From Gammaproteobacteria bacterium (lineage in GTDB: Bacteria > Pseudomonadota > Gammaproteobacteria > Eutrophobiales > Eutrophobiaceae), in the NCBI GenBank assembly GCA_965243205.1, contig CBDEUK010000001.1, forward strand, positions 395,828-459,827: a stretch of DNA of 64,000 nt, read 5' to 3'. Position numbers and translations under genes: made by a program. How positions within the stretch are numbered: position 1 is the stretch's first letter; every line of letters begins with the position of its first letter. Below are positions 48,861-60,700 of this stretch, piece by piece. The notes beneath the pieces are model-generated. The model made no database searches. It was not told the origin of the DNA and saw only the letters and a list, made by a program, of their open reading frames with translations.

Positions 48861-50984
48861 TTAGAAACCCGTTTCTCTAATAAACACAGCAAATATTTGT
48901 TGTTTCACACGGTTATAGATTGATATAGGTTTAGTCTCAACATGTACTGTGCCACGCAATACATGCATAAAATCTAGATTAGGTTGAGTTGGCTCCAGAA
49001 CAACTTTATAAGTAGCAGATTCAGGTATTTTTTCTTTATCTGAATTATTGCGAGTAACTATTTCACCCCCAAATTCATGATTTACATAATCCGTTTCTAA
49101 ATTTTTTACATTGGAAGTCTGTATTTCATTAATCTTAACTTCAAATTTACTGAGTTCGATATTTTCTGGATAAAAATGTCCATATTGCTCTATGGCAATA
49201 CGTGAAATTTCTTTTTCTGATACAAAGGCAACGACTTGGTTATCATGCTCATCTATAATATTCATTAATGGTATTTCTTGATTTATCCATCTTTCAGTAT
49301 GGAGATTGTCATAAACGTCAATCACTTTACCTTTGATTGGTGAATAAATATTTAGCAATTCTGCTTCATTCTCCAAACCTATTTTTTTTGAATTTAATTC
49401 ATCAAGACTACTTAACATAACATGAATATCTTTTAGCCCTTCTTTACTCGAACTTAAACGTTTAATTTTTAACTCTAGCGCTTCAATTTGTTTTTGAGTT
49501 TTTGCTAGTTCTTCAGTTAAAACAGGCGAATCTAATTTTAATAATAATTGATCTTTTTCGATTAGTTCTCCTTCTGAAACAGCTAGCTCTACAATTTGCG
49601 ATTCAACTGGTGAAAAGATAGTGATATTTTCAGTGCTTTCTATAATTGCAGGCAATCGGATAGTCGAACTCCAAGGCAAAAATAAAACATATAAAAAATT
49701 TATAAATAACGCCAAAGCAATGTAAAAACGCCTTGATTTAAGGATATTAGTTTTCATACCCCACCACTGTGAAATTTCTCGATAAACAGGCAATAAAATA
49801 AACCAAACAATTTCTATTAAAAATAATACGATGCCTAATAGTTTGATAAAAAAATGATAGACCAATAAAGCGATACCAAGAAATAAAAAAAAACGATAAA
49901 CCCAGGTAAACCAAGCATAAAACACCATTTTATTCATCGTGGATTTAGGTAAGTTTTCTGGCTTTGGTAAACCCAACCCAAATAGTATTTCACGCAATTT
50001 CCATTGCCCTAACTTAAATGCTCTACCTTGTAAGTTTTCTACACTCCAATAATCAGACAACAAATAATAACCATCGAATCTCATAAATGGATTTAGATTA
50101 ATTGCAACTGACATTAACCAACTACTCGTGGCTAAAAGAAAAACTATGCTTCTAAATACTCCATCATCTAAAAAAGACCAAACTAAAGTAGCAATACATG
50201 CAATATATATTTCAATCTGCATTCCAGCAGCACCAATATGTAAACGCTGTTTTCTTGATTTTATTTTCCAAGAATCACTTACATCCGTATAAAGAACTGG
50301 AAACATTATTAAGAAAGCAACACCTATCGTGCTTACTTTTGTACCATATCGAGTAGCCGTATAAGCGTGTCCTAACTCGTGAAATATTTTTAAAAAACAA
50401 ATTGAAATTAAATAAAGTACTAAACCATTTAAATTAAAAAAATATAAAAAAGAATTTACAAATACATCCCATTGCCTAGCAACCAAATAAAAACCCAGTA
50501 TTCCTATTAGAAAAATAAAATAAAAAAATGTTTTGCTATATAAAGGTTCAACGATAGAGAGTGTATTTTTAAGAAATTTATCAGGCTTAACGAGAGGTAT
50601 TCTAAAATACAAGTAATTATGCACAATCTGAGAAGCCCAACTTTTTTTAGACTGTTCGTATTGCTCAATATAATCATCAATGGTGCCATGCGGCGATAAT
50701 ACTGTTAAACCGTTTCCTTGAAGAAATGTTACAAACTGTTTTATATCGTCTTCTGTAACCCTACAAACTGTTTCTGCATTCACTTTTTCAATCAAAGTAT
50801 TTATTGTACCAACAGACCACCTTGAGATAATCTGAAATGCTGACCAACCGATTTTATAATATCGATTTCTTATTGGATCGAAGATATTCCAGGTTGGAGA
50901 ACCATCATATGCTGAAGAAGCCTCTATCAGTTGTAAGTCTTCTCTGATTTTTGGTAATGGTATATCTTCAACAATAACGCTCAT
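48861..50984 (-). CDS. M50 (site-2) intramembrane peptidase fused to an HlyD-like adaptor domain, with a PqqD/RRE-like N-terminus
   Basis: IFHELGH and NLNPFMRFDGYY motifs, multiple TM helices. C-terminal lipoyl-hairpin (SPVESQI...GELI / coiled coil / IYSPIKGKV). Confidence 0.85.
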   Translation of the reverse strand: MSVIVEDIPLPKIREDLQLIEASSAYDGSPTWNIFDPIRNRYYKIGWSAFQIISRWSVGTINTLIEKVNAETVCRVTEDDIKQFVTFLQGNGLTVLSPHGTIDDYIEQYEQSKKSWASQIVHNYLYFRIPLVKPDKFLKNTLSIVEPLYSKTFFYFIFLIGILGFYLVARQWDVFVNSFLYFFNLNGLVLYLISICFLKIFHELGHAYTATRYGTKVSTIGVAFLIMFPVLYTDVSDSWKIKSRKQRLHIGAAGMQIEIYIACIATLVWSFLDDGVFRSIVFLLATSSWLMSVAINLNPFMRFDGYYLLSDYWSVENLQGRAFKLGQWKLREILFGLGLPKPENLPKSTMNKMVFYAWFTWVYRFFLFLGIALLVYHFFIKLLGIVLFLIEIVWFILLPVYREISQWWGMKTNILKSRRFYIALALFINFLYVLFLPWSSTIRLPAIIESTENITIFSPVESQIVELAVSEGELIEKDQLLLKLDSPVLTEELAKTQKQIEALELKIKRLSSSKEGLKDIHVMLSSLDELNSKKIGLENEAELLNIYSPIKGKVIDVYDNLHTERWINQEIPLMNIIDEHDNQVVAFVSEKEISRIAIEQYGHFYPENIELSKFEVKINEIQTSNVKNLETDYVNHEFGGEIVTRNNSDKEKIPESATYKVVLEPTQPNLDFMHVLRGTVHVETKPISIYNRVKQQIFAVFIRETGF

Positions 50985-52330
50985 AGGCCAATGTATTGTC
51001 TTACAGTAGAAATAGGTCGTCGGAACAAAAAGAAAAATAATGGTACTTTTTCGCCATAAATTTTTGCAGTTCCTTGCAAACCTATACGCAATTTATTTTC
51101 AGGGTTATCAAACTCAGCATATAATCGATACGCTAAAACATTGCTTGGAGTAACTTCAGCGTTATAAGTTGTCTCAATTAGTTTTGCACTTAATGAATCT
51201 AAAGGCGAAATATCCAGAAAAATATCAACTCGAGCATTTTCTTTGAGTAAAATTGAATCAGCAACAGGTAAATCAATTTTTAATTTAATTTTTTCTGGGT
51301 TTGCAATCTCCATAATACGTTCACCAACTCTTACAGATTTTCCAATCCAATCATCCTTATCCGAATAAATTAATAAACCATCTTTTTTTGCTTTAACAAC
51401 AACCTGACTTAATAATTCCTTTGAGTAATTAAGTTCAGCTTTTCTTAAATCCACTTCTGATTTTAATAATGCAATTTCTGCCTTACTTTTTTTATCTCCG
51501 AAAGCCGCTTGTTTTACTTTTTTTAATTCAGAAACTGTTACAGATAATGCTTTTTCTGCTAATTCAAATTGATTTCTTAGATTAGTATCTTCAAAAATAA
51601 ATATCTCATCATTTTCTCTAATATAATGATTAGGTTCGTGATTAATCTTTGCAATAACACCATCAATAGGTGCACTAATAATCACTGGATCCTTCGCTAC
51701 TATTTCGACAGGTGCTAAGGCTGACATTCTTACTGGAATTAAACCAGTTAACATCAAGCATGCGGCGATAAAATATTTTTTATAATTTTTTATTTTGCTA
51801 ATAGCAGAAAAAGAATTTTTACCGACTAACGCGCCCCATGCATGCGCATATGTATCAGAAAGATGTTTTATTAAGGTAATTTCATTATCTTGCCATGCTG
51901 TTTCTCTCGAAAACCAAATACCTCCTATTTGTTTACCGTTAGGTATTTTTAATGGTACCCATAAAGCAAATGGCAAGGAATATTCTTTCCATTCATCTTT
52001 AAAATCGGCAGGACAATTATTCCCATGTATCTGAAATACAGAATCAAGCTTGCTATCTTTCTTTAAGAAATTCGCCAAGCGAGTTAACCAATCTATAAAA
52101 GGTGTGTTTTGATCAATGATAGATAAACTGGATACAGCTTCGATGCTTAGTGGTTTATTTTTATTTCCTCTAGTAGAAAATAAAAATGCTTGACGATAGT
52201 TAACTAATTTTCTGGTTTCGTTAACAATTAAAAATTGTAAGGATTTTTCAGACTCAGACTCACGAGCCATGGCCTCTAACTGAAGTAGAGTCGATAATCC
52301 TGCTGATTCATTTTTTTGATCAGCTCCCAT
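50981..52330 (-). CDS. membrane fusion (HlyD-like) protein with a cytoplasmic GAF-like N-terminal domain
   Basis: LQFLIVNETRKLV.YRQA..LWVPL..GGIWFSR domain, one TM helix, ISAPIDGVI, coiled coil, VRVGERIMEI, LRIGLQGTAKI. Confidence 0.82.
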   Translation of the reverse strand: MGADQKNESAGLSTLLQLEAMARESESEKSLQFLIVNETRKLVNYRQAFLFSTRGNKNKPLSIEAVSSLSIIDQNTPFIDWLTRLANFLKKDSKLDSVFQIHGNNCPADFKDEWKEYSLPFALWVPLKIPNGKQIGGIWFSRETAWQDNEITLIKHLSDTYAHAWGALVGKNSFSAISKIKNYKKYFIAACLMLTGLIPVRMSALAPVEIVAKDPVIISAPIDGVIAKINHEPNHYIRENDEIFIFEDTNLRNQFELAEKALSVTVSELKKVKQAAFGDKKSKAEIALLKSEVDLRKAELNYSKELLSQVVVKAKKDGLLIYSDKDDWIGKSVRVGERIMEIANPEKIKLKIDLPVADSILLKENARVDIFLDISPLDSLSAKLIETTYNAEVTPSNVLAYRLYAEFDNPENKLRIGLQGTAKIYGEKVPLFFFLFRRPISTVRQYIGL

Positions 52331-52335
52331 AACGA

Positions 52336-53121
52336 TTAAAGTTCCGGTTTCTGAAATTTAGCTGTGCCACTCATACCTGATAAAACATTTGCAGACTCTT
52401 CAAATTCTCCTTTGATCGCAATTGTTTGACTAACAGGATCGACAACAGCGCCTAACTTAGTTACTTTGGCTTTATAAGTTGTACTTGTCTCATCAACATT
52501 AAAATCAAATTCTACTCCAGGATTTAACCACTGTAGCCAATTAGAAGGAACTATCACTTCTATCTCTAATTTATCTTCATTTAAAATAGAAAGCAGTTCT
52601 TGGTCTTTACCAACACTTTCATATTGGTTAACCATATTTTCTATCACCCTACCATCATAAGGAGCTTTGATTTTACAACGACTCACATTCACGTTATTAC
52701 TACTGACATTGGCTTTGGTTTTTTTGACATCAATAGCCGCTAAATCTGCCTCTATTTGGCTACCAGCACTTAATTTAAGTAATTGGTTTTTATTTTCTAA
52801 TTGTTTTCTCGCACTTTCTAACTCGGCTTTAGCAACGGCTAATTCAGCGTAATAATAAGAGCAATCAAATTTAACTAATACATCTCCTTTTTTAAAAACA
52901 TCTCCATCTTTAAAAGGTAATTCATCAATTTGAGCTGCAATTTCACTGGATAATACAGCAGTAATAATTGGTTTTATTAAACCACGGATCGTAGTTAACT
53001 CAGTGTTATATAAATCATCAGTATCTTCCTCTTGCGAGGAAACACTCAATGAGCTTATTAAAACAAATACGGCTAAAAATAGTTTAGTTAGATTCAACGT
53101 TTTCATAGAATTTTCTACCAA
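52336..53121 (-). CDS. periplasmic adaptor (MFP) subunit
   Basis: Signal peptide, LSSEIAAQI..DGDVFKKGDVLVKFDC, CKIKAPYDGRV, VDPVSQT, GMSGTA. Confidence 0.87.
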   Translation of the reverse strand: MVENSMKTLNLTKLFLAVFVLISSLSVSSQEEDTDDLYNTELTTIRGLIKPIITAVLSSEIAAQIDELPFKDGDVFKKGDVLVKFDCSYYYAELAVAKAELESARKQLENKNQLLKLSAGSQIEADLAAIDVKKTKANVSSNNVNVSRCKIKAPYDGRVIENMVNQYESVGKDQELLSILNEDKLEIEVIVPSNWLQWLNPGVEFDFNVDETSTTYKAKVTKLGAVVDPVSQTIAIKGEFEESANVLSGMSGTAKFQKPEL

Positions 53122-53153
53122 AAAATTTCACGATAATCAGTAAGAGTAATCTC

Positions 53154-54689
53154 TTATTCTGGTATCGACTCTAACCAAAAAGTATTGAGAGAAAAATTAT
53201 TGATTCTGGATTTAAAATTTTGAAAATAAGATTCTAAATCTCTAGCAAGGTCCTTTACAGAACTCTTGTTAATTTTATCAGGAACAGGATCCACACCAAT
53301 CGCAGCATACATATCGGCATATGAATTTTCTAAATCTGCATAAGCAATATCGTATTTGACTTCGGCAACTAAAGTATTCATTTCTTCGCGGATGACAGAT
53401 TGTTCACTAACTGAATTTGTTGCCGCTGCAACTTGAATTTGATCGAGTATTTTTGATTGCGTTTTATAATAATCCGCTGCTGTTTTATATTCGTTTTTAG
53501 AGTGGCTATATTGTGCCAAACTAACGTGAACTTGAGTTAATACCGCCATACTCATTGCTAACTTTCTGGCTTTTAATACCATTTCTTGAGCTTCTGTTGC
53601 ACGTTTGGTCGCTGGTAATTTAAATACATTTAATAAATTCCAACTGACTTTTGCGCCATAGCTCAACCAATCGTTATTAAATAAAAAACTATTGCTACTG
53701 TAATTTTCACCAACATTGAGATTAATGCCAGGTAATAATTGCAAAATAGCAACTTTCGTTTCTTTGGCATTAATGCGCTGTTGATACGCTATCTCTCTTA
53801 ATTCTGAACGATGGACTAATGAAAGCTCTTCCATCATTTGCGCCGATAAACCAATATCTTGAACTTGCTCAACACGTTCTGGTATCACCAAGCTATAATC
53901 TGTACCTGGTTCTAAATTCATTAATGCAGCCAATTGAATTTTGGCTAATGATAATTCCCTTTGTAACTCTTCTAATTCGCGCTTGATGCCGATTAATTCA
54001 CGCTGATAAGTTAACGCCGTTAATGGTTTATCTAATTGATTGATTTCGATCTCTTTTGACTGTGCTATCGCTTCTTTTACTTTCTCCAATAAAACTTCCA
54101 TTTTTTGATTCAAGCGATCGTTGCTCACAGCACGCCAATATAGTGCTCTGACATCCTGTACAAGATCATTTACAACTTTGCGGCGTTGTTCATCAGCGAT
54201 CAATATTTTATCTGCCGCTTGTTTTGAACGAATGTAAGAGACACCAAAATCAAGGATATTCCAAGATAGCGTAATATCACCTGTAAAAACATCGCGATCA
54301 GACGAAGTAGAAGATTGAAGAGATTGCACTCCTGTCAATAAAGAACGACTAGAAGCACCTGAAAAATTATCACGACCTGCATAACCGAAATTTCCAACTA
54401 ACTGAGGTAATTCATCATATCTTGCTAAATCAAGTTCACGTTGTGCAAGAAGTCTTTCAGTGACTTCTAAACGTAAATCCAAATTATGTGAAAGCGCGCG
54501 AGCAAAAGCTTCAAACAGTCCAATTGGACCTGAAACTGGTTCTTGGTTTTGTGTAATTTCTTCTTGGTCAGCCTCTGCTTGTTCCCTTAATTCTGTCTGA
54601 TTCAGAGGCACAGGCATCACCGAACAACCTGAAAATATACAGGCTAGAGCTAAGATAAACGCAATTTTTATCCATTTTGAATGGTTCAT
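53154..54689 (-). CDS. TolC-family outer membrane factor (lipoprotein)
   Basis: Lipobox IFSGC, ARALSHNLD, LSWNILDFG and VSWNLLNVF repeats, long helices. Confidence 0.9.
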   Translation of the reverse strand: MNHSKWIKIAFILALACIFSGCSVMPVPLNQTELREQAEADQEEITQNQEPVSGPIGLFEAFARALSHNLDLRLEVTERLLAQRELDLARYDELPQLVGNFGYAGRDNFSGASSRSLLTGVQSLQSSTSSDRDVFTGDITLSWNILDFGVSYIRSKQAADKILIADEQRRKVVNDLVQDVRALYWRAVSNDRLNQKMEVLLEKVKEAIAQSKEIEINQLDKPLTALTYQRELIGIKRELEELQRELSLAKIQLAALMNLEPGTDYSLVIPERVEQVQDIGLSAQMMEELSLVHRSELREIAYQQRINAKETKVAILQLLPGINLNVGENYSSNSFLFNNDWLSYGAKVSWNLLNVFKLPATKRATEAQEMVLKARKLAMSMAVLTQVHVSLAQYSHSKNEYKTAADYYKTQSKILDQIQVAAATNSVSEQSVIREEMNTLVAEVKYDIAYADLENSYADMYAAIGVDPVPDKINKSSVKDLARDLESYFQNFKSRINNFSLNTFWLESIPE

Positions 54690-54757
54690 CGAGAAAACTT
54701 AACAAATTTATTTTAGTTGTACCAGTAATTTGTTCATTTTATTAGACTTTTATCAAA

Positions 54758-57700
54758 TTAACCTTTATCTAATATCTGAGAAATTGCATCTGCATTTTTT
54801 TCAAACTCTCCAGCAACTTGGGTAATTTGGCTGGAAAATAAATCAGTCCCCGTCGCAGCAACTGTATTTTCAACGCTAAATTCACTAATCACCCCTGTTT
54901 GTACTTCAATATCCACATATCGAATTACTTCTACTCCATTACTAAGTTCGACTTCAATCATTAATCGGATATTTTCGGCATCAACTGGAGGTTGTCCAAT
55001 CACTTGTTGATTTTCATCATTGAAAACTAACCAATCAGGTAACGCATCTCCATTCGATTGACTCACCTTCACATCACTTACTTCTAAGGTTGGATCTGAA
55101 ATAATGATGTAATCAATATCTAAAAATAGTGTTTTGTTGTAAATCAATGTTTCAAGAATCAATTCATCCTGTAAGTTCGCTCCTACATCACCCTCACCTA
55201 AACGTAATGGAAATAAACTATCGACTGAAGAAGTATTAGATTCTGATATAACTGAACGTATAGATGATCCTTTAACAGAATTCGCATCAAAAAACCCTGT
55301 TGTATCTGCATTAAGAACATCTAAACTCTCACCAAACGGATTACTATTAACGGATCGAACCGCATCAATAACAGCACCTGGTGCTGTCACAGAGTTATAT
55401 TCTGAATTGATATCCCCTTCTATAAACCCATCATCCAATCTTAATAAGTTTTCAGGAACAGGATTATCGTCACCTAAATCAGTTGGCCCTGAAGAAGATG
55501 TTGAATTCACAGTAATTGTGACCGTGGCTGTATTGCCTTCAGAGTTAGTATATGTAAATGTATCTGGACCACTAAAACCTGGATTAGGTGTATAAGTCAC
55601 TTCTCCTGTAGCTGGGTTCACACTCGTTGTTCCATTAGTGCCATTTGTTGCTGATACCAACGTCGCATCATTACCATCAATATCCGTATCATTCGCTATC
55701 ACATTAACTGTTACTGGTGTGCCTTCATTCGTTACAGCAAAGTCATCAACTGGAACGCTAGGATCATTAACTGGATTCACAGTAATCGTTACTAATGCAG
55801 TATCAACATCTCCGTCTGCATCTGTTATTGTATAAGTAAAGGTATCTGTACCTTCGAAGTTTGCTCGTGGTGTATACTGAAATGTTCCATCTGTATTCAT
55901 TACCACAGTTCCACCATTTGTAGTTGTAACTGGTGCTGAATAGGTTGATGGGCCATCACCTTGAGCAGGATCGTTAACTGATACATCACTATTCAAAATA
56001 GTATCTTCTGCAGTTATAAAAGCATCATCTGCTGCATTTGGAACTAAATCTCCCTCATCAACCACATTGATTATTAAAGTCGCACTACCAGTATTTCCAT
56101 TATTATCTGTAATTGTATAGTTAAAAGTCTCAGTTAAACCTATTACTGGCACTGTGCCTGATGGCGGTGGTGAATAAATATAACTTCCATCAGGGTTTAT
56201 CGTTAAAGTGCCGCCATTAACAGTTGAAAAAGGTATTCCTAGTGTAATCGGAGTACCTCCCTCAGTAACAGCCGTAACAGTTGATGGTCCTGTTCCAATA
56301 TCATCGTTACCCAAAACATTTCCTGTTGTATTAGCGCCTCCTTCAGTAGCAGAATCTATATCATTAACAGGATCAGGTGTAGGTATAACGTTAATCGTCA
56401 CGGTCGCGGTCGAGACATCACCATCGGCATCGGTTAAGTCATACGTAAAACTGTCCGGGCCGTTGTAGTTCGCATTCGGGGTATAGGTAAACGTCCCATC
56501 GGCGTTCATCACCACCGTACCGTTGGTCGCATTGGTGTTCACACTGAACACATTACCGCCATCGCCACTCAAGGTATCGTTGCCACTGACATCGCCATTG
56601 AACACCGTATCCTCGGTCGCGTTCACCGTATCGTTGACCGCCACCGGCGTATCGTCCACCGGCGCCACGTTAATCGTCACGGTCGCGGTCGAGACATCAC
56701 CATCGGCATCGGTTAAGTCATACGTAAAACTGTCCGGGCCGTTGTAGTTCGCATTCGGGGTATAGGTAAACGTCCCATCGGCGTTCATCACCACCGTACC
56801 GTTGGTCGCATTGGTGTTCACACTGAACACATTACCGCCATCGCCACTCAAGGTATCGTTGCCACTGACATCGCCATTGAACACCGTATCCTCGGTCGCG
56901 TTCACCGTATCGTTGACCGCCACCGGCGTATCGTCCACCGGCGCCACGTTAATCGTCACGGTCGCGGTCGAGACATCACCATCGGCATCGGTTAAGTCAT
57001 ACGTAAAACTGTCCGGGCCGTTGTAGTTCGCATTCGGGGTATAGGTAAACGTCCCATCGGCGTTCATCACCACCGTACCGTTGGTCGCATTGGTGTTCAC
57101 ACTGAACACATTACCGCCATCGCCACTCAAGGTATCGTTGCCACTGACATCGCCATTGAACACCGTATCCTCGGTCGCGTTCACCGTATCGTTGACCGCC
57201 ACCGGCGTATCGTCCACCGGCGCCACGTTAATCGTCACGGTCGCGGTCGAGACATCACCATCGGCATCGGTTAAGTCATACGTAAAACTGTCCGGGCCGT
57301 TGTAGTTCGCATTCGGGGTATAGGTAAACGTCCCATCGGCGTTCATCACCACCGTACCGTTGGTCGCATTGGTGTTCACACTGAACACATTACCGCCATC
57401 GCCACTCAAGGTATCGTTGCCACTGACATCGCCATTGAACACCGTATCCTCGGTCGCGTTCACCGTATCGTTGACCGCCACCGGCGTATCGTCCACCGGC
57501 GCCACGTTAATCGTCACGGTCGCGGTCGAGACATCACCATCGGCATCGGTTAAGTCATACGTAAAACTGTCCGGGCCGTTGTAGTTCGCATTCGGGGTAT
57601 AGGTAAACGTCCCATCGGCGTTCATCACCACCGTACCGTTGGTCGCATTGGTGTTCACACTGAACACATTACCGCCATCGCCACTCAAGGTATCGTTGCC

Positions 57701-60700
57701 ACTGACATCGCCATTGAACACCGTATCCTCGGTCGCGTTCACCGTATCGTTGACCGCCACCGGCGTATCGTCCACCGGCGCCACGTTAATCGTCACGGTC
57801 GCGGTCGAGACATCACCATCGGCATCGGTTAAGTCATACGTAAAACTGTCCGGGCCGTTGTAGTTCGCATTCGGGGTATAGGTAAACGTCCCATCGGCGT
57901 TCATCACCACCGTACCGTTGGTCGCATTGGTGTTCACACTGAACACATTACCGCCATCGCCACTCAAGGTATCGTTGCCACTGACATCGCCATTGAACAC
58001 CGTATCCTCGGTCGCGTTCACCGTATCGTTGACCGCCACCGGCGTATCGTCCACCGGCGCCACGTTAATCGTCACGGTCGCGGTCGAGACATCACCATCG
58101 GCATCGGTTAAGTCATACGTAAAACTGTCCGGGCCGTTGTAGTTCGCATTCGGGGTATAGGTAAACGTCCCATCGGCGTTCATCACCACCGTACCGTTGG
58201 TCGCATTGGTGTTCACACTGAACACATTACCGCCATCGCCACTCAAGGTATCGTTGCCACTGACATCGCCATTGAACACCGTATCCTCGGTCGCGTTCAC
58301 CGTATCGTTGACCGCCACCGGCGTATCGTCCACCGGCGCCACGTTAATCGTCACGGTCGCGGTCGAGACATCACCATCGGCATCGGTTAAGTCATACGTA
58401 AAACTGTCCGGGCCGTTGTAGTTCGCATTCGGGGTATAGGTAAACGTCCCATCGGCGTTCATCACCACCGTACCGTTGGTCGCATTGGTGTTCACACTGA
58501 ACACATTACCGCCATCGCCACTCAAGGTATCGTTGCCACTGACATCGCCATTGAACACCGTATCCTCGGTCGCGTTCACCGTATCGTTGACCGCCACCGG
58601 CGTATCGTCCACCGGCGCCACGTTAATCGTCACGGTCGCGGTCGAGACATCACCATCGGCATCGGTTAAGTCATACGTAAAACTGTCCGGGCCGTTGTAG
58701 TTCGCATTCGGGGTATAGGTAAACGTCCCATCGGCGTTCATCACCACCGTACCGTTGGTCGCATTGGTGTTCACACTGAACACATTACCGCCATCGCCAC
58801 TCAAGGTATCGTTGCCACTGACATCGCCATTGAACACCGTATCCTCGGTCGCGTTCACCGTATCGTTGACCGCCACCGGCGTATCGTCCACCGGCGCCAC
58901 GTTAATCGTCACGGTCGCGGTCGAGACATCACCATCGGCATCGGTTAAGTCATACGTAAAACTGTCCGGGCCGTTGTAGTTCGCATTCGGGGTATAGGTA
59001 AACGTCCCATCGGCGTTCATCACCACCGTACCGTTGGTCGCATTGGTGTTCACACTGAACACATTACCGCCATCGCCACTCAAGGTATCGTTGCCACTGA
59101 CATCGCCATTGAACACCGTATCCTCGGTCGCGTTCACCGTATCGTTGACCGCCACCGGCGTATCGTCCACCGGCGCCACGTTAATCGTCACGGTCGCGGT
59201 CGAGACATCACCATCGGCATCGGTTAAGTCATACGTAAAACTGTCCGGGCCGTTGTAGTTCGCATTCGGGGTATAGGTAAACGTCCCATCGGCGTTCATC
59301 ACCACCGTACCGTTGGTCGCATTGGTGTTCACACTGAACACATTACCGCCATCGCCACTCAAGGTATCGTTGCCACTGACATCGCCATTGAACACCGTAT
59401 CCTCGGTCGCGTTCACCGTATCGTTGACCGCCACCGGCGTATCGTCCACCGGCGCCACGTTAATCGTCACGGTCGCGGTCGAGACATCACCATCGGCATC
59501 GGTTAAGTCATACGTAAAACTGTCCGGGCCGTTGTAGTTCGCATTCGGGGTATAGGTAAACGTCCCATCGGCGTTCATCACCACCGTACCGTTGGTCGCA
59601 TTGGTGTTCACACTGAACACATTACCGCCATCGCCACTCAAGGTATCGTTGCCACTGACATCGCCATTGAACACCGTATCCTCGGTCGCGTTCACCGTAT
59701 CGTTGACCGCCACCGGCGTATCGTCCACCGGCGCCACGTTAATCGTCACGGTCGCGGTCGAGACATCACCATCGGCATCGGTTAAGTCATACGTAAAACT
59801 GTCCGGGCCGTTGTAGTTCGCATTCGGGGTATAGGTAAACGTCCCATCGGCGTTCATCACCACCGTACCGTTGGTCGCATTGGTGTTCACACTGAACACA
59901 TTACCGCCATCGCCACTCAAGGTATCGTTGCCACTGACATCGCCATTGAACACCGTATCCTCGGTCGCGTTCACCGTATCGTTGACCGCCACCGGCGTAT
60001 CGTCCACCGGCGCCACGTTAATCGTCACGGTCGCGGTCGAGACATCACCATCGGCATCGGTTAAGTCATACGTAAAACTGTCCGGGCCGTTGTAGTTCGC
60101 ATTCGGGGTATAGGTAAACGTCCCATCGGCGTTCATCACCACCGTACCGTTGGTCGCATTGGTGTTCACACTGAACACATTACCGCCATCGCCACTCAAG
60201 GTATCGTTGCCACTGACATCGCCATTGAACACCGTATCCTCGGTCGCGTTCACCGTATCGTTGACCGCCACCGGCGTATCGTCCACCGGCGCCACGTTAA
60301 TCGTCACGGTCGCGGTCGAGACATCACCATCGGCATCGGTTAAGTCATACGTAAAACTGTCCGGGCCGTTGTAGTTCGCATTCGGGGTATAGGTAAACGT
60401 CCCATCGGCGTTCATCACCACCGTACCGTTGGTCGCATTGGTGTTCACACTGAACACATTACCGCCATCGCCACTCAAGGTATCGTTGCCACTGACATCG
60501 CCATTGAACACCGTATCCTCGGTCGCGTTCACCGTATCGTTGACCGCCACCGGCGTATCGTCCACCGGCGCCACGTTAATCGTCACGGTCGCGGTCGAGA
60601 CATCACCATCGGCATCGGTTAAGTCATACGTAAAACTGTCCGGGCCGTTGTAGTTCGCATTCGGGGTATAGGTAAACGTCCCATCGGCGTTCATCACCAC

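Noticed and set aside
56565-56592. SGNDTLSGDGG in each repeat as an RTX nonapeptide
   Set aside because: It occurs once per 93-aa domain, at the position of the cadherin-like NDxxxxDG motif also seen in the diverged repeats (ANDTDIDG). It is not in the tandem runs needed for a beta-roll.
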